A stretch of DNA of 56,541 nucleotides, filler included, from Malacoraja senta (taxonomy: Eukaryota), in NCBI GenBank assembly GCA_038087875.1. It is 2 parts of 2 records of this genome, joined end to end, with 100 filler letters (N's around TTAATTAATTAA, not from the genome) between each part and the next. Parts side by side here need not be neighbours in the genome. Positions count along the whole stretch, not along the records: positions 1 to 27,483 come from JAXLNO010003287.1; 1 more part is not named here. The stretch is one strand, 5' to 3'. Numbering within the stretch: the stretch's first letter is position 1; each line of letters starts with the position of its first letter. The notes below the pieces were generated by a model that saw only the letters and a list, made by a program, of their open reading frames with translations, was not told the origin of the DNA and ran no database searches. This document shows positions 11,161 through 23,400 of this stretch, piece after piece. Both the position numbers and the translations under genes were made by a program.

Positions 11161-11934
11161 CGGCAAATCTTTTCACTAGGGCATATTATTGACAATAATA
11201 AATAATTGACAAGTTACGAAATGAGGGTCAATTGGGGAGGGGACAAGCTTAAAATTGGCAGTATTTTCACTCCTCTTCAATAAGAGATAAAAGAGACCAG
11301 TCATTTGTTTACAAAATCTCTTTTTGCAGAGTGTGGTCATTCTCTGGCGCCAGAGATTTGTGAAGACAAAATCATTGGAAGCATTTAATGTGGCGGTAGT
11401 TAACTTAATTAAACTTAAATTGGAGAACTGAGTGCAATGAGGAACTGACATCGAACAGGAGTTGATGCCTGAGGAACGTCAGCCATGGTCATATTGAATG
11501 GTGGGCAGGTTAGAGGACCAAATGGCTTACTCGGAAACTTAATAACCGAGGAGAAAATCAGGCTTCTGAATGATCGTTCCATAAGCTAGGGTACTGTCCA
11601 ATTGACCACTACCCCATTAAAGACAGTGGACTTTGTTTATAGAACTATGTAGGGAGGAACTGTAGATGCTGGTTTAAACCGCAGATAGACACAAAATGCT
11701 AGAGTAACTCAACGGGTCAGGCAGCATCTCTGGAGAGAAGGAATGTGTCACGTTTCGTGTCGAAACACTTATCTAATGGAACTGCTGTGCTACATTGCTG
11801 AGAACTACATGCCACACTCTGTACCTTCCCCTTTGCTCTACCTACAGTACTTGAGTTTGATGATCATATATATGTATTTTGTTACCTCATCCAATTGGAT
11901 AGCATGCAAAACAAAGCTTTACACTCTACCTCAG

Positions 11935-12235
11935 TACATGGGCAGCACAGTGGCGCAGAGGGAAAGTTGCTGCCTTACAGTACCACAGACCAAAGTTCAA
12001 TCCTGACAATGGGTGCTGTCTATATAGAGTTCATACATTCTCCCTGTGACCATGTGAGTTATCTCCGGGTGCTACAGTTCCGTCACATTCAAAGACGTGC
12101 AGGTTTGTAAGTTTTTGGGCTTCTGTAAATTGTCCCTAGTGTGTAGGATAGAACTAATATTTGGGTGGTCGTTAGTCAGCAGAGGTTCAGTGGGCCAAAA
12201 GGCCTATTTTCATGCTGTACCTCGAAACTAAACGT
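11935..12235 (+). mobile_element. HE1/V-SINE-type SINE
   Basis: Head, V-domain and tail; mirrored at about 24530-24830 and copied at about 53510-53780. Confidence 0.75.
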
Positions 12236-12271
12236 GACAATAATAAACCGAAACTTATCCCTGTGCCTATC

Positions 12272-12320
12272 TGTAGATTAGTGTCACTCATACTGTGGCT
12301 CCGCCCACAGGCTTATTAGA

Positions 12321-12362
<42 letters not shown>

Positions 12363-12475
12363 AGACTGGTAGTAAGCAAGCTGAGAAGAAAGCACCTTGT
12401 GTTTCCTCTGCAGAGTTACTAATAAAAGACTATGGATTCTAACCACTATGTGTGAGTTTGATCATTCTTCCAACA
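12272..12475 (+). mobile_element. Solo LTR with 5-bp TSD (CTATC)
   Basis: TG...CA ends, internal AATAAA, CTATC at 12267-12271 and 12476-12480; copies at 24314-24495 (minus) and 53822-53988. Confidence 0.85.
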
Positions 12476-12479
12476 CTAT

Positions 12480-12930
12480 CTCTTGTGTTGTTCCGTCTCT
12501 GGAACTAAGTGGTAGCTGCGCTTAACTGCTGTAGCATAACTGTTTAAGCTGAACAATTCATGAAAAAAGTCTAAAAAGGATAAAAAACAAGTGATTCCAG
12601 CATGTTGAAAGATAATTGGGACTGATACGTAATGGGTGGCACTGCGACACAGTTCCAGTGACGAGGGTTTGATCACAATCTTGAAACAGAAAAACTTAAA
12701 CTGAGGCAGGCGCCTCTACTTCATCAATCCAGTGCTGTTATGACACTGGGCCTTAACATGAGAAAATGTGAAATTGGGTATTTCCTTAGGGCAAAATCAG
12801 ACTTCTCAGAGACTTGGAAGCTGCAAGATAGTCCTGGAATGTGGTGGATCTCTGCGTGCTGTTCCAGAAGAGGACGAATTGTACTTATGTACAGTATGAC
12901 TTGACTGGGGAGAATGCAGAACAACCATTT
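12480..12930 (-). mobile_element. Possible very old L2/CR1-group LINE remnant
   Basis: LYISTIRPLLE..H.PGLS resembles the RT C-terminal LY.S.IRP.LEY motif; heavily decayed. Confidence 0.35.
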
Positions 12931-13292
12931 CACTGCAGACAGACACAAAAAGCTGGAGTAACTCAGCGGGACAGGCAGCATCTCTGGAGAGAAGGGACGG
13001 GGTGTCCAGCATCTGCTGTTCCATCCAAACCATTTCACTGCATCTCTGCATGCATGAAACTAAACAGAGTTATATAAAATGCAGCACATACTGCAGTACT
13101 CAAGTAGGTCAGGCTGTCCTGATTTTGCAGGTGGATAACTTTACTGTAATTTAAAAAAAACACAAAAATGTGCAGGTGTAACTCAGTGGCTCAGGCAGCA
13201 TCTGGAAGACATGGTTACGTAATGTTTCAGCTTGGTGTCCTTCTTCATACTTCTTGCATCTGTTCTTTCTGACTTCAACTTAACAGTTGAAA

Positions 13293-13797
13293 AGGACCGT
13301 CGTGAGCCCCACCACGGGGCGTGGACTTACCATCGGAGCGGATCCCTTGCCTGGGATCGCTCCCAACGCGGCCTGCGAACTTACCATCAAGGGCTCCCAG
13401 TCTCGGGAGAGGCTAGTCGGGAGCTCCAACGCCACAGAAGGTTCGTCCAGCCCCGACGCGAGGTTCGATCGCCCGGCGCAGGGGAGCTGACAATCCCCCC
13501 GATGCGGGAGCTGATCACCTCGACGCGGAGGGCCCGAACGCCGCCGGCTACGGGACTCAAGACCGTCCGTTCAACGGGGGGCTCGAGGCCCCCGACCAAG
13601 GAAGAACAACAAGGGAAGGACTTGGAACTTTATTTTCGCCTTCCATCACAGTGAGGAATGTGTAGGAGTCACTATGATGGATGTTTATGTCAAAATGTGT
13701 TTTTGAGTCTGTTGCTTTTTTAAATTGTATGACTGACCTGGCCAGTGAATTTTACTACACCAATTGGTGTATGTGACAATAAATGAACATGAACTTA
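13293..13797 (+). mobile_element. 5'-truncated GC-rich retroposon with 5-bp TSD (TGAAA)
   Basis: TGAAA at 13288-13292 and 13798-13802; empty site at 54805-54809; mirror copy at 22992-23496. Confidence 0.88.
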
Positions 13798-13802
13798 TGA
13801 AA

Positions 13803-14290
13803 TGACCAGTTCTTTTATCGACAGGGAATACAACTTGTTGAACGTGGAATTGAGTGTGAAAGGCTGCAACATGTCAAGGTAGAAGCTGAGTTGTTGGTCC
13901 TCAAGGTTACTTTCACCCTTGTTATCCTAGTGTAAGAGGTACAGATGGATGGATCATGGTGGGTGTTGAATGGAGAATTAAAGTGGCAGGAATTAGGAAT
14001 CTTAGAAAGTCCCATGGATTGAATGCAGGTTCTCCAGAAAGCAGCCATTCTATTTGTTTCATTGATGCGATGTGGAAGATTACGTCATGAAAACCAAATG
14101 CAGTAGATTTGACTGGAAGTGCAAGTGTTTCACGCTGTTTCACTTTGAAGAACTGCCTGGGTCTATGGACAGTAGGAAGGGAAGAGGTAAATGGATAGAT
14201 GTTGCATGCACCAAGACAGGAAAGTAGAGGAAAGTTGTGGGGATAGTAGACAGACCAGGGAGCGAAAAAGGGAATGACTACTTCAAGATA
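13803..14290 (-). mobile_element. Degenerate Penelope GIY-YIG fragment
   Basis: Decayed similarity to the element at 17376-17702 (VKQR.TC.S.NL.YCI..ETNR). Confidence 0.5.
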
Positions 14291-14499
14291 TAGAATGGGG
14301 ATCAGGGCAGGAGGGGGGGGGGGGAGAAATGGATTGACTAATTGAATCAGATTTAAACTGGGAGTAAGTATTCAACATGGAGGCTGGAGGAGTGAAAAAC
14401 TCTGCCCTGTCCAATGAGAATATATAGAACATAGAACAGTACAAGAAAAGGACTTTCAGCCTGCAATGTCCATGTCGAACAGGATACCAAGTTAAACTA

Positions 14500-14800
14500 A
14501 GGCAACACAGTGGCACAGTGATAGAATGGCTGTCTTACAGCATTAGAGACCCGGGTTCGATCCTGACTAGAGTGCTGTCTGGACGGAGTTTGTACGTTCT
14601 CTCTGTCACCCTGTGGGTTTTCTCTGGGGGCTACGGTTTCCTCCCAAATACAAAAGACGTGCAGGTTTGTAGGTTAATTGGCTTCTGTAAATTGTCCCTA
14701 GCTTGTAGGACAAAAATAGTGAATGGGCAATTGCTGGTCAGTGCAGACTCAGTGGCCCAAAGATCCTGTTTCCATACTCTATCTCTAAACTAAACCAAAA
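14500..14800 (+). mobile_element. HE1/V-SINE-type SINE
   Basis: Box B gacccgggttcgatcc, V-domain, tail ctctatctctaaactaaacc; copies at about 21990-22290 and 55515-55810. Confidence 0.8.
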
Positions 14801-15084
14801 CTGATTTCCACTGCCTGCATGTGATCCATATCCTTGTATTCGCTGCACATTCACAAGCCTGTCCAAAACCTTCTTAAGCACCATTATCATGTCTTCCTCT
14901 ACCACCACTCCTGGTAGCGCATTCTAGGTATCAAGCTCTCTCTGTGCAAAAAAACACTTGACCTGCACAACTCGTGTAAATTTTGCCCTTCGAAGCTTAA
15001 CGCTATGCTCTATAGAGATGTGTAAAAGAGATGCAATCTGATTAGGGGCTGTCAACTGTGGTCAAGAAAATCCATGGTTAACTA

Positions 15085-15369
15085 ATATGAAAGACATCAA
15101 TTACACTTTCTCCCTGTCAAACAGGGATGTAATGCTGAGGTTCTATAAGGCGCCGGTCAGGCCACATTTGGAGCATTGTGAGCAATTTTGGGCACCATAT
15201 CTGAGGAAGGATGTGCTGGCTCTGGAGAGTGTCCAGAGTTGGTGTACAAGAATGATCCCAGGAATGAATGGGTTAACATATGATGACCATTTGATGGCAG
15301 TGGGCCTGTACTTGCTGGGGTTTAGAAGAATAAGGGGGGACCTCATTGAGTCATACAAAATAGTGAAAG
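15085..15369 (+). mobile_element. CR1 RT C-terminal fragment
   Basis: RDVMLRFYKAPVRPHLEHCEQFWAPYLRKDVLALE..GDLIESYKIVK; copies at about 21420-21700 and 56090-56400. Confidence 0.85.
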
Positions 15370-16811
15370 ACTGTTTGCCTTTTGAAATTGGTTCGATTAT
15401 GTTTGCTCCCACAAAATTGCATTAAAAAACCTATAGTGAAAATTCTATAATATATAGTGGTATACGAATTTGGAAACAATTAAAAAAGACTTTAAAATTG
15501 GATAATTTATCACTCTGTCTCCCCATTATAAACAACCCTTTATTCAAACCCTCCATGTTGGATAAAGGCTTTACACAATGGAAAAATTAAGGAATTAAAA
15601 AGATGGGACATCTTTATAGGAAAGGCACTTTTCTTTAATTTCAGGGGTTACAACAGATTTACGGACTACACTCAAATAACTTTTTTCAGATATTTACAAA
15701 TTAGAGATTACATTAAATCAAATACACAAGATTACAGAACTAGGGAACCAGAAATCCTTGATGAATGTTTGAATAAACATCCTAATAACATCAACAGGGG
15801 GCGCCGTCGAATATGGCTGCCCCGCCAGCAGCTGTTAGTTTTTTCACTCTTTTTTTTATTTTTAGTTAGTTGAGAGTGTTGGTTGGAGATCTTTTAGTCT
15901 TTTTATGTGGGGGGGGGGGTAGGGGGAAGGGGGAAACTATTCTTCTCAGTCCCTACCTGGTCGGAGATGCGGCTTTTCTCCGAGCCGTATCTTCGCCCCT
16001 TCCTCGCGGCCTACGGGCAGGCTGGAGCGGCGTTTTCCTGCCGGGACCGGCCAGGACTTCAGCTTCGGCGGCGGCACAGCGCTGAAGCACCATCGCGGAG
16101 CAGGCGATGCCTAACCCGGGTCGCCGTGCAGTAAGCTCCGGAGTGCTGTGACGGCCGGCACTAACATCGCAGAGCTGCGGTCTGCGGTCAGTGGAGCTTC
16201 CAGCGGCGCTGAGCTTGGAACACCGCGGAGCCTGGGATCTGACGACGAGGTCGACAGAGTCGGGGCATCGACCAGCGCGGCTCGTGGACTTCGGGAGCCG
16301 CGGTCTACTGGGAGGAGGCAGCTGCTCCAGACACTCCGGGCTGCTGAGAGTGTTCACCCGACGCCGGAGCTTCATCATCCGGCGAGAGGGCCTGAGGCAT
16401 CGGGCTGCCGTAGCGGCGACTGCAGAGGCCTCAATAGGCCCCGACTATGGGTGAACTGGGGATGGGACTGGACTTTGCTGCCTTCCCCCACAGTGGGAAC
16501 CATTGTGGGGGGATGTTTTTATGTTTACTGTTAAATTCTTTGTTGTAATCTTTATTTGTGTGCTGCATGGCAAGTCAAATTCCTATCAACTCAGTTGACA
16601 TGGCAATAAACTTCTTGAATCTTGAATCTTGAATCTTAATACAGAAAAATTAATATCTCATATTTATAATACCCTCTTAGATAGTGAGGTCCCACCGACG
16701 GATTTATATAGACACACATGGGAAAATGAATTAGGCCAACCCATAACGAAAGATATTTGGGACGAAAGTCTACAATATATACATCAATGCTCGTTAAATG
16801 CCAGACATGCC
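15370..16811 (+). mobile_element. L1 ORF2 C-terminal fragment split by an 849-bp insertion
   Basis: LPIINNPLFKPSMLDKGF..NNFFRYLQIRDYI..LNKHP|NTEKLISHIY..WENELG..W..CSLNARH; the frame rejoins across the TAATA TSD. Confidence 0.82.
15788..16636 (+). mobile_element. Apparently full-length GC-rich non-coding retroposon with 5-bp TSD (TAATA) and (CTTGAAT)n tail
   Basis: TAATA at 15783-15787 and 16637-16641; the 5' 559 bp are duplicated in inverse at 20443-21001. Confidence 0.85.
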
Positions 16812-17020
16812 TGTTTGCTGGCATGCGTCTTCCACCCATGGAAGACTTGACCCAGGATGGCCATTCAAGACGATGTTGAAGACGTTGATGGAAGACGCAT
16901 GTGTAGAGACAAAAGAGGAGCTTGCCAGCTGCATGGAGGACAGAGATGTGTGGTGCGTCCGTCACCGTGCCCGTTGGAAACCAGCACGGCACTAATGTTT
17001 TCAACGATTATTATTATCAT
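16812..17020 (+). mobile_element. RTE-clade LINE 3' fragment
   Basis: HGRLDPGWP.KT.LKTLMED...L..CMEDRDVW motif followed by a (TTA)n tail. Confidence 0.65.
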
Positions 17021-17134
17021 CCACTACACCCCCTCTGTCCTGGGGATTTATCCACATTTCTCTTCAAGTGATCCAACATCTCCTTCTTACTTAACTTCAA
17101 AGTGTCCCTGCATGTTAGCATTCTCCACATTGAT

Positions 17135-17935
17135 TCTCCATGTGTAAGAAAGAACTGCAGATGCTGCAGATGTTAAAATCGTAGAGAGACACAAAATGCT
17201 GGGGTAACTCAGCGGGTCAGGCAGCTTCCCTGGAGAGATGGAATGGGCATTGTTTTGGGTCGAGACCCTTCTTCAGACTGATGTCAGGGGAGGGACAAAG
17301 ATAGAATGTCGGCGGAGACAGTAAGACTGGTGGCAGAATTGGGAAGGGGGAGGGGATGGAGAGAGAAATCAAGGGCTATCGAAAGTTATAGAAGTCAATG
17401 TTCATACCGCTGGAGTATAGACTACCCAAGCGAAATATGGGGTGCTGTTCCTCCAATTTGGGCTGGGCCTCACTCTGACAATGGAGGAGGCCCAGGACAG
17501 AAAGGTCAGATTGGGAATGGGAGGGGGAGTTGAAGTGCTGAGCCACCGGGAGATCGGGTAGGGTAAGACGGACTGAGGGGAAGTGTTCAGCAAAACGATC
17601 GTCGAGCCTGCGCTTGGTCTCACTGATGTAGAGAAGTTGACAACTGAAACAGCGGATACAGTAGATGAGGTTGGAAGAGGTGCAAGTGAACTTCTGCCTC
17701 ACCTGGAAAGACTTTAGGTCCTTGGACGGAGTCGAGGGGGACGTAAAGGGACAGGTGTTGCATCTCCTGCGGTTGCAGGGGAAAGTATCCGGAGAGCAGG
17801 TGGTTTGGGTGTGAAGGGACGAGTTGACCAGGGAGTTTCGGAGGGAACGGTCTCTGCGGAAAGCAGAAAGGGGTGGAGATGGGAAGATGTGACCAGTAGT
17901 GGGATCCCGTTGGAGGTGGCAAAAATGTTGGAGGA
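17135..17935 (-). mobile_element. Penelope-like element 3' part with GIY-YIG endonuclease
   Basis: ORF 17376-17702: RQKFTCTSSNLIYCIRC..LLYISETKRRLDDRFAEH..PVAQHFN..KLEEQH.IFRLG; terminal repeat at about 17135-17290. Confidence 0.88.
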
Positions 17936-18063
17936 TTTTATGATGTACTTACTATTAATGGTCCTTACTATTCTACATGTCTTCCTTGGTGAAACCAAAC
18001 CTCGCCTATATCCACAAACTCCAAGCACATATTCCCTTCTATATCCTTAAGCAATCCACCTTT

Positions 18064-18763
18064 TGCTGCAATGGTTGCCTCGCCAACAGTATGTCTGTCC
18101 CTTCCTTCCTTGTGTCTGTTTTGTACGTGTTAAATGTATATTCTTTAGTGTTCTTTAGCTTGTTTTGGGGGTGGGGGTTGGGGGAGTTGTGGGAAACTTT
18201 TCCTAATCTCTTACCTCGACGTAGATGTGATATTTTCTGTATCGTATCTCCGTCCACAATGCGGCCTAACATTGAGGAATGGTGGCCTTTGCTAGAGATC
18301 GACCGGGAGATCCATCGCAGGAGCCTGTGGACTTACCATCATGGAGCTCGCAATCCCTGTCGGGGATCGACTTTAGGGCTCCAACTGTGAGAGCCTGCAA
18401 GACTTTAACATCACGGAGCCCGCGGTCCCCGGTCGAGACCAACATCCGGGACCTCCAAGCCGCAGGAGTTTCGACCGCTCCGACCGCTCCGACGCGGGAG
18501 TTTTGATTCCCCAACGGGGGTTTCGACCACCGACTGCAGATTGTTTGACTGCCCCGACCGCGGGAGATAAAGAGGAAGGAGATTAGACTTTATTGCCTTC
18601 CATCACAGTGAGGAACGTGCGGGCTCCTCTGTTGTGGATGTTTATGTTAACTTTTACGTTATTGTGTGTCTTGTTGCTTTCTTTTTGTATGGTGTATGGT
18701 AGTCTGCATTTCAATGTACCTTAATTGGTATATGTGACAATAAACTAACCATGAAACCTTGAA
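18064..18763 (+). mobile_element. Second, diverged member of the GC-rich retroposon family
   Basis: Shares the 5' motif atggYtgccYcgccaRcag, the agatg..cgtatct stem, the ccatcacagtga hairpin and the gacaataaa tail with 15788-16636 and 13293-13797. Confidence 0.75.
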
Positions 18764-18845
18764 AAAGATGTGGGATTTTCTGTAATCCGACTCACTAAAG
18801 CCACTTTGTGGCCTTTATTAGCCCCTTTAGTTTTAAGCTTTAGAG

Positions 18846-20442
<1,597 letters not shown>

Positions 20443-23400
20443 CAGCGGCCCGGAGTGTCTGGAGCGGCTGCCTCCTCCCAGTAGACCGCGGCTCCCGAAG
20501 TCCACGAGCCGCGCTGGTCGATGCCCCGACTCTGTCGACCTCGTCGTCAGATCCCAGGCTCCGCGGTGTTCCAAGCTCAGCGCCGCTGGAAGCTCCACTG
20601 ACTGCAGACCGCAGCTCTGCGATGTTAGTGCCGGCCGTCACAGCACTCCGGAGCTTACTGCACGGCGACCCGGGTTAGGCATCGCCCGCTCCGCGATGGT
20701 GCTTCAGCGCTGTGCCGCCGCCGAAGCTGAAGTCCTGGCCGGTCCCGGCAGGAAAACGCCGCTCCAGCCTGCCCGTAGGCCGCGAGGAAGGGGCGAAGAT
20801 ACGGCTCGGAGAAAAGCCGCATCTCCGACCAGGTAGGGACTGAGAAGAATAGTTTCCCCCTTCCCCCTACCCCCCCCCCCACATAAAAAGACTAAAAGAT
20901 CTCCAACCAACACTCTCAACTAACTAAAAATAAAAAAAAGAGTGAAAAAACTAACAGCTGCTGGCGGGGCAGCCATATTCGACGGCGCCCCCTGTTGATG
21001 TTATTAGGATGTTTATTCAAACATTCATCAAGGATTTCTGGTTCCCTAGTTCTGTAATCTTGTGTATTTGATTTAATGTAATCTCTAATTTGTAAATATC
21101 TGAAAAAGTTATTTGAGTGTAGTCCGTAAATCTGTTGTAACCCCTGAAATTAAAGAAAAGTGCCTTTCCTATAAAGATGTCCCATCTTTTTAATTCCTTA
21201 ATTTTTCTATTGTGTAAAGCCTTTATCCAACATGGAGGGTTTGAATAAAGGGTTGTTTATAATGGGGAGACAGAGTGATAAATTATCCAATTTTAAAGTC
21301 TTTTTTAATTGTTTCCAAATTCGTATACCACTATATATTATAGAATTTTCACTATAGGTTTTTTAATGCAATTTTGTGGGAGCAAACATAATCGAACCAA
21401 TTTCAAAAGGCAAACAGTCTTTCACTATCTTGTATGACTCAATGAGGTCCCCCCTTATTCTTCTAAACTCCAGCGAGTACAGGCCCACTGCCATCAAATG
21501 GTCATCATATGTTAACCCATTCATTCCTGGGATCATTCTTGTACACCTCCTCTGGACACTCTCCAGAGCCAGCACATCCTTCCTCAGATATGGTGCCCAA
21601 AATTGCTCACAATGCTCCAAATGTGGCCTGACCGGCGCCTTATAGAACCTCAGCATTACATCCCTGTTTGACAGGGAGAAAGTGTAATTGATGTCTTTCA
21701 TATTAGTTAACCATGGATTTTCTTGACCACAGTTGACAGCCCCTAATGGGATTGCATGTCTATCACACATCTCAAAAGAGCACAGCATTAAGCTTCGAAG
21801 GGCAAAATTTACACGAGTTGTGCAGGTCAAGTGTTTTTTTGCACAGAGAGAGCTTGATACCTAGAATGCGCTACCAGGAGTGGTGGTAGAGGAAGACATG
21901 ATAATGGTGCTTAAGAAGGTTTTGGACAGGCTTGTGAATGTGCAGCGAATACAAGGATATGGATCACATGCAGGCAGTGGAAATCAGTTTTGGTTTAGTT
22001 TAGAGATAGAGTATGGAAACAGGATCTTTGGGCCACTGAGTCTGCACTGACCAGCAATTGCCCATTCACTATTTTTGTCCTACAAGCTAGGGACAATTTA
22101 CAGAAGCCAATTAACCTACAAACCTGCACGTCTTTTGTATTTGGGAGGAAACCGTAGCCCCCAGAGAAAACCCACAGGGTGACAGAGAGAACGTACAAAC
22201 TCCGTCCAGACAGCACTCTAGTCAGGATCGAACCCGGGTCTCTAATGCTGTAAGACAGCCATTCTATCACTGTGCCACTGTGTTGCCTTAGTTTAACTTG
22301 GTATCCTGTTCGACATGGACATTGCAGGCTGAAAGTCCTTTTCTTGTACTGTTCTATGTTCTATATATTCTCATTGGACAGGGCAGAGTTTTTCACTCCT
22401 CCAGCCTCCATGTTGAATACTTACTCCCAGTTTAAATCTGATTCAATTAGTCAATCCATTTCTCCCCCCCCCCCCCTCCTGCCCTGATCCCCATTCTATA
22501 TCTTGAAGTAGTCATTCCCTTTTTCGCTCCCTGGTCTGTCTACTATCCCCACAACTTTCCTCTACTTTCCTGTCTTGGTGCATGCAACATCTATCCATTT
22601 ACCTCTTCCCTTCCTACTGTCCATAGACCCAGGCAGTTCTTCAAAGTGAAACAGCGTGAAACACTTGCACTTCCAGTCAAATCTACTGCATTTGGTTTTC
22701 ATGACGTAATCTTCCACATCGCATCAATGAAACAAATAGAATGGCTGCTTTCTGGAGAACCTGCATTCAATCCATGGGACTTTCTAAGATTCCTAATTCC
22801 TGCCACTTTAATTCTCCATTCAACACCCACCATGATCCATCCATCTGTACCTCTTACACTAGGATAACAAGGGTGAAAGTAACCTTGAGGACCAACAACT
22901 CAGCTTCTACCTTGACATGTTGCAGCCTTTCACACTCAATTCCACGTTCAACAAGTTGTATTCCCTGTCGATAAAAGAACTGGTCATTTCATAAGTTCAT
23001 GTTCATTTATTGTCACATACACCAATTGGTGTAGTAAAATTCACTGGCCAGGTCAGTCATACAATTTAAAAAAGCAACAGACTCAAAAACACATTTTGAC
23101 ATAAACATCCATCATAGTGACTCCTACACATTCCTCACTGTGATGGAAGGCGAAAATAAAGTTCCAAGTCCTTCCCTTGTTGTTCTTCCTTGGTCGGGGG
23201 CCTCGAGCCCCCCGTTGAACGGACGGTCTTGAGTCCCGTAGCCGGCGGCGTTCGGGCCCTCCGCGTCGAGGTGATCAGCTCCCGCATCGGGGGGATTGTC
23301 AGCTCCCCTGCGCCGGGCGATCGAACCTCGCGTCGGGGCTGGACGAACCTTCTGTGGCGTTGGAGCTCCCGACTAGCCTCTCCCGAGACTGGGAGCCCTT

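Larger units (their letters stand above)
9294..16346 (+). repeat. Left arm of a large inverted duplication (palindrome)
   Basis: Reverse complement of 20443-27483. Matched ORF pairs have near-constant coordinate sums (36789, 36767, 36777), and the shifts are explained by a 22-bp (CT)n expansion and a 10-bp deletion in this arm. Confidence 0.97.
17021..18845 (-). mobile_element. Old CR1 remnant in three pieces (17021-17134, 17936-18063, 18764-18845), interrupted by younger insertions
   Basis: Rejoined minus frames read SRITENP.SF..LLKDIEGNMCLEFVDIGEV and MLDHLK..VDKSPG, typical of the CR1 pre-RT region. Confidence 0.6.

Noticed and set aside
15790-16010. HDV-like ribozyme (CCTCGC/TTCCTCGC resembles the HDV L3 loop)
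   Set aside because: I could not build the nested P1/P1.1/P2/P3 double pseudoknot; kept only as an unclassified structured motif.
17941-18063. Possible alpha2 exon ending at a gtaagt donor on the minus strand in the spacer
   Set aside because: No class I motifs in any frame; one frame reads as a CR1 remnant (KDIEGNMCLEFVDIGEV).
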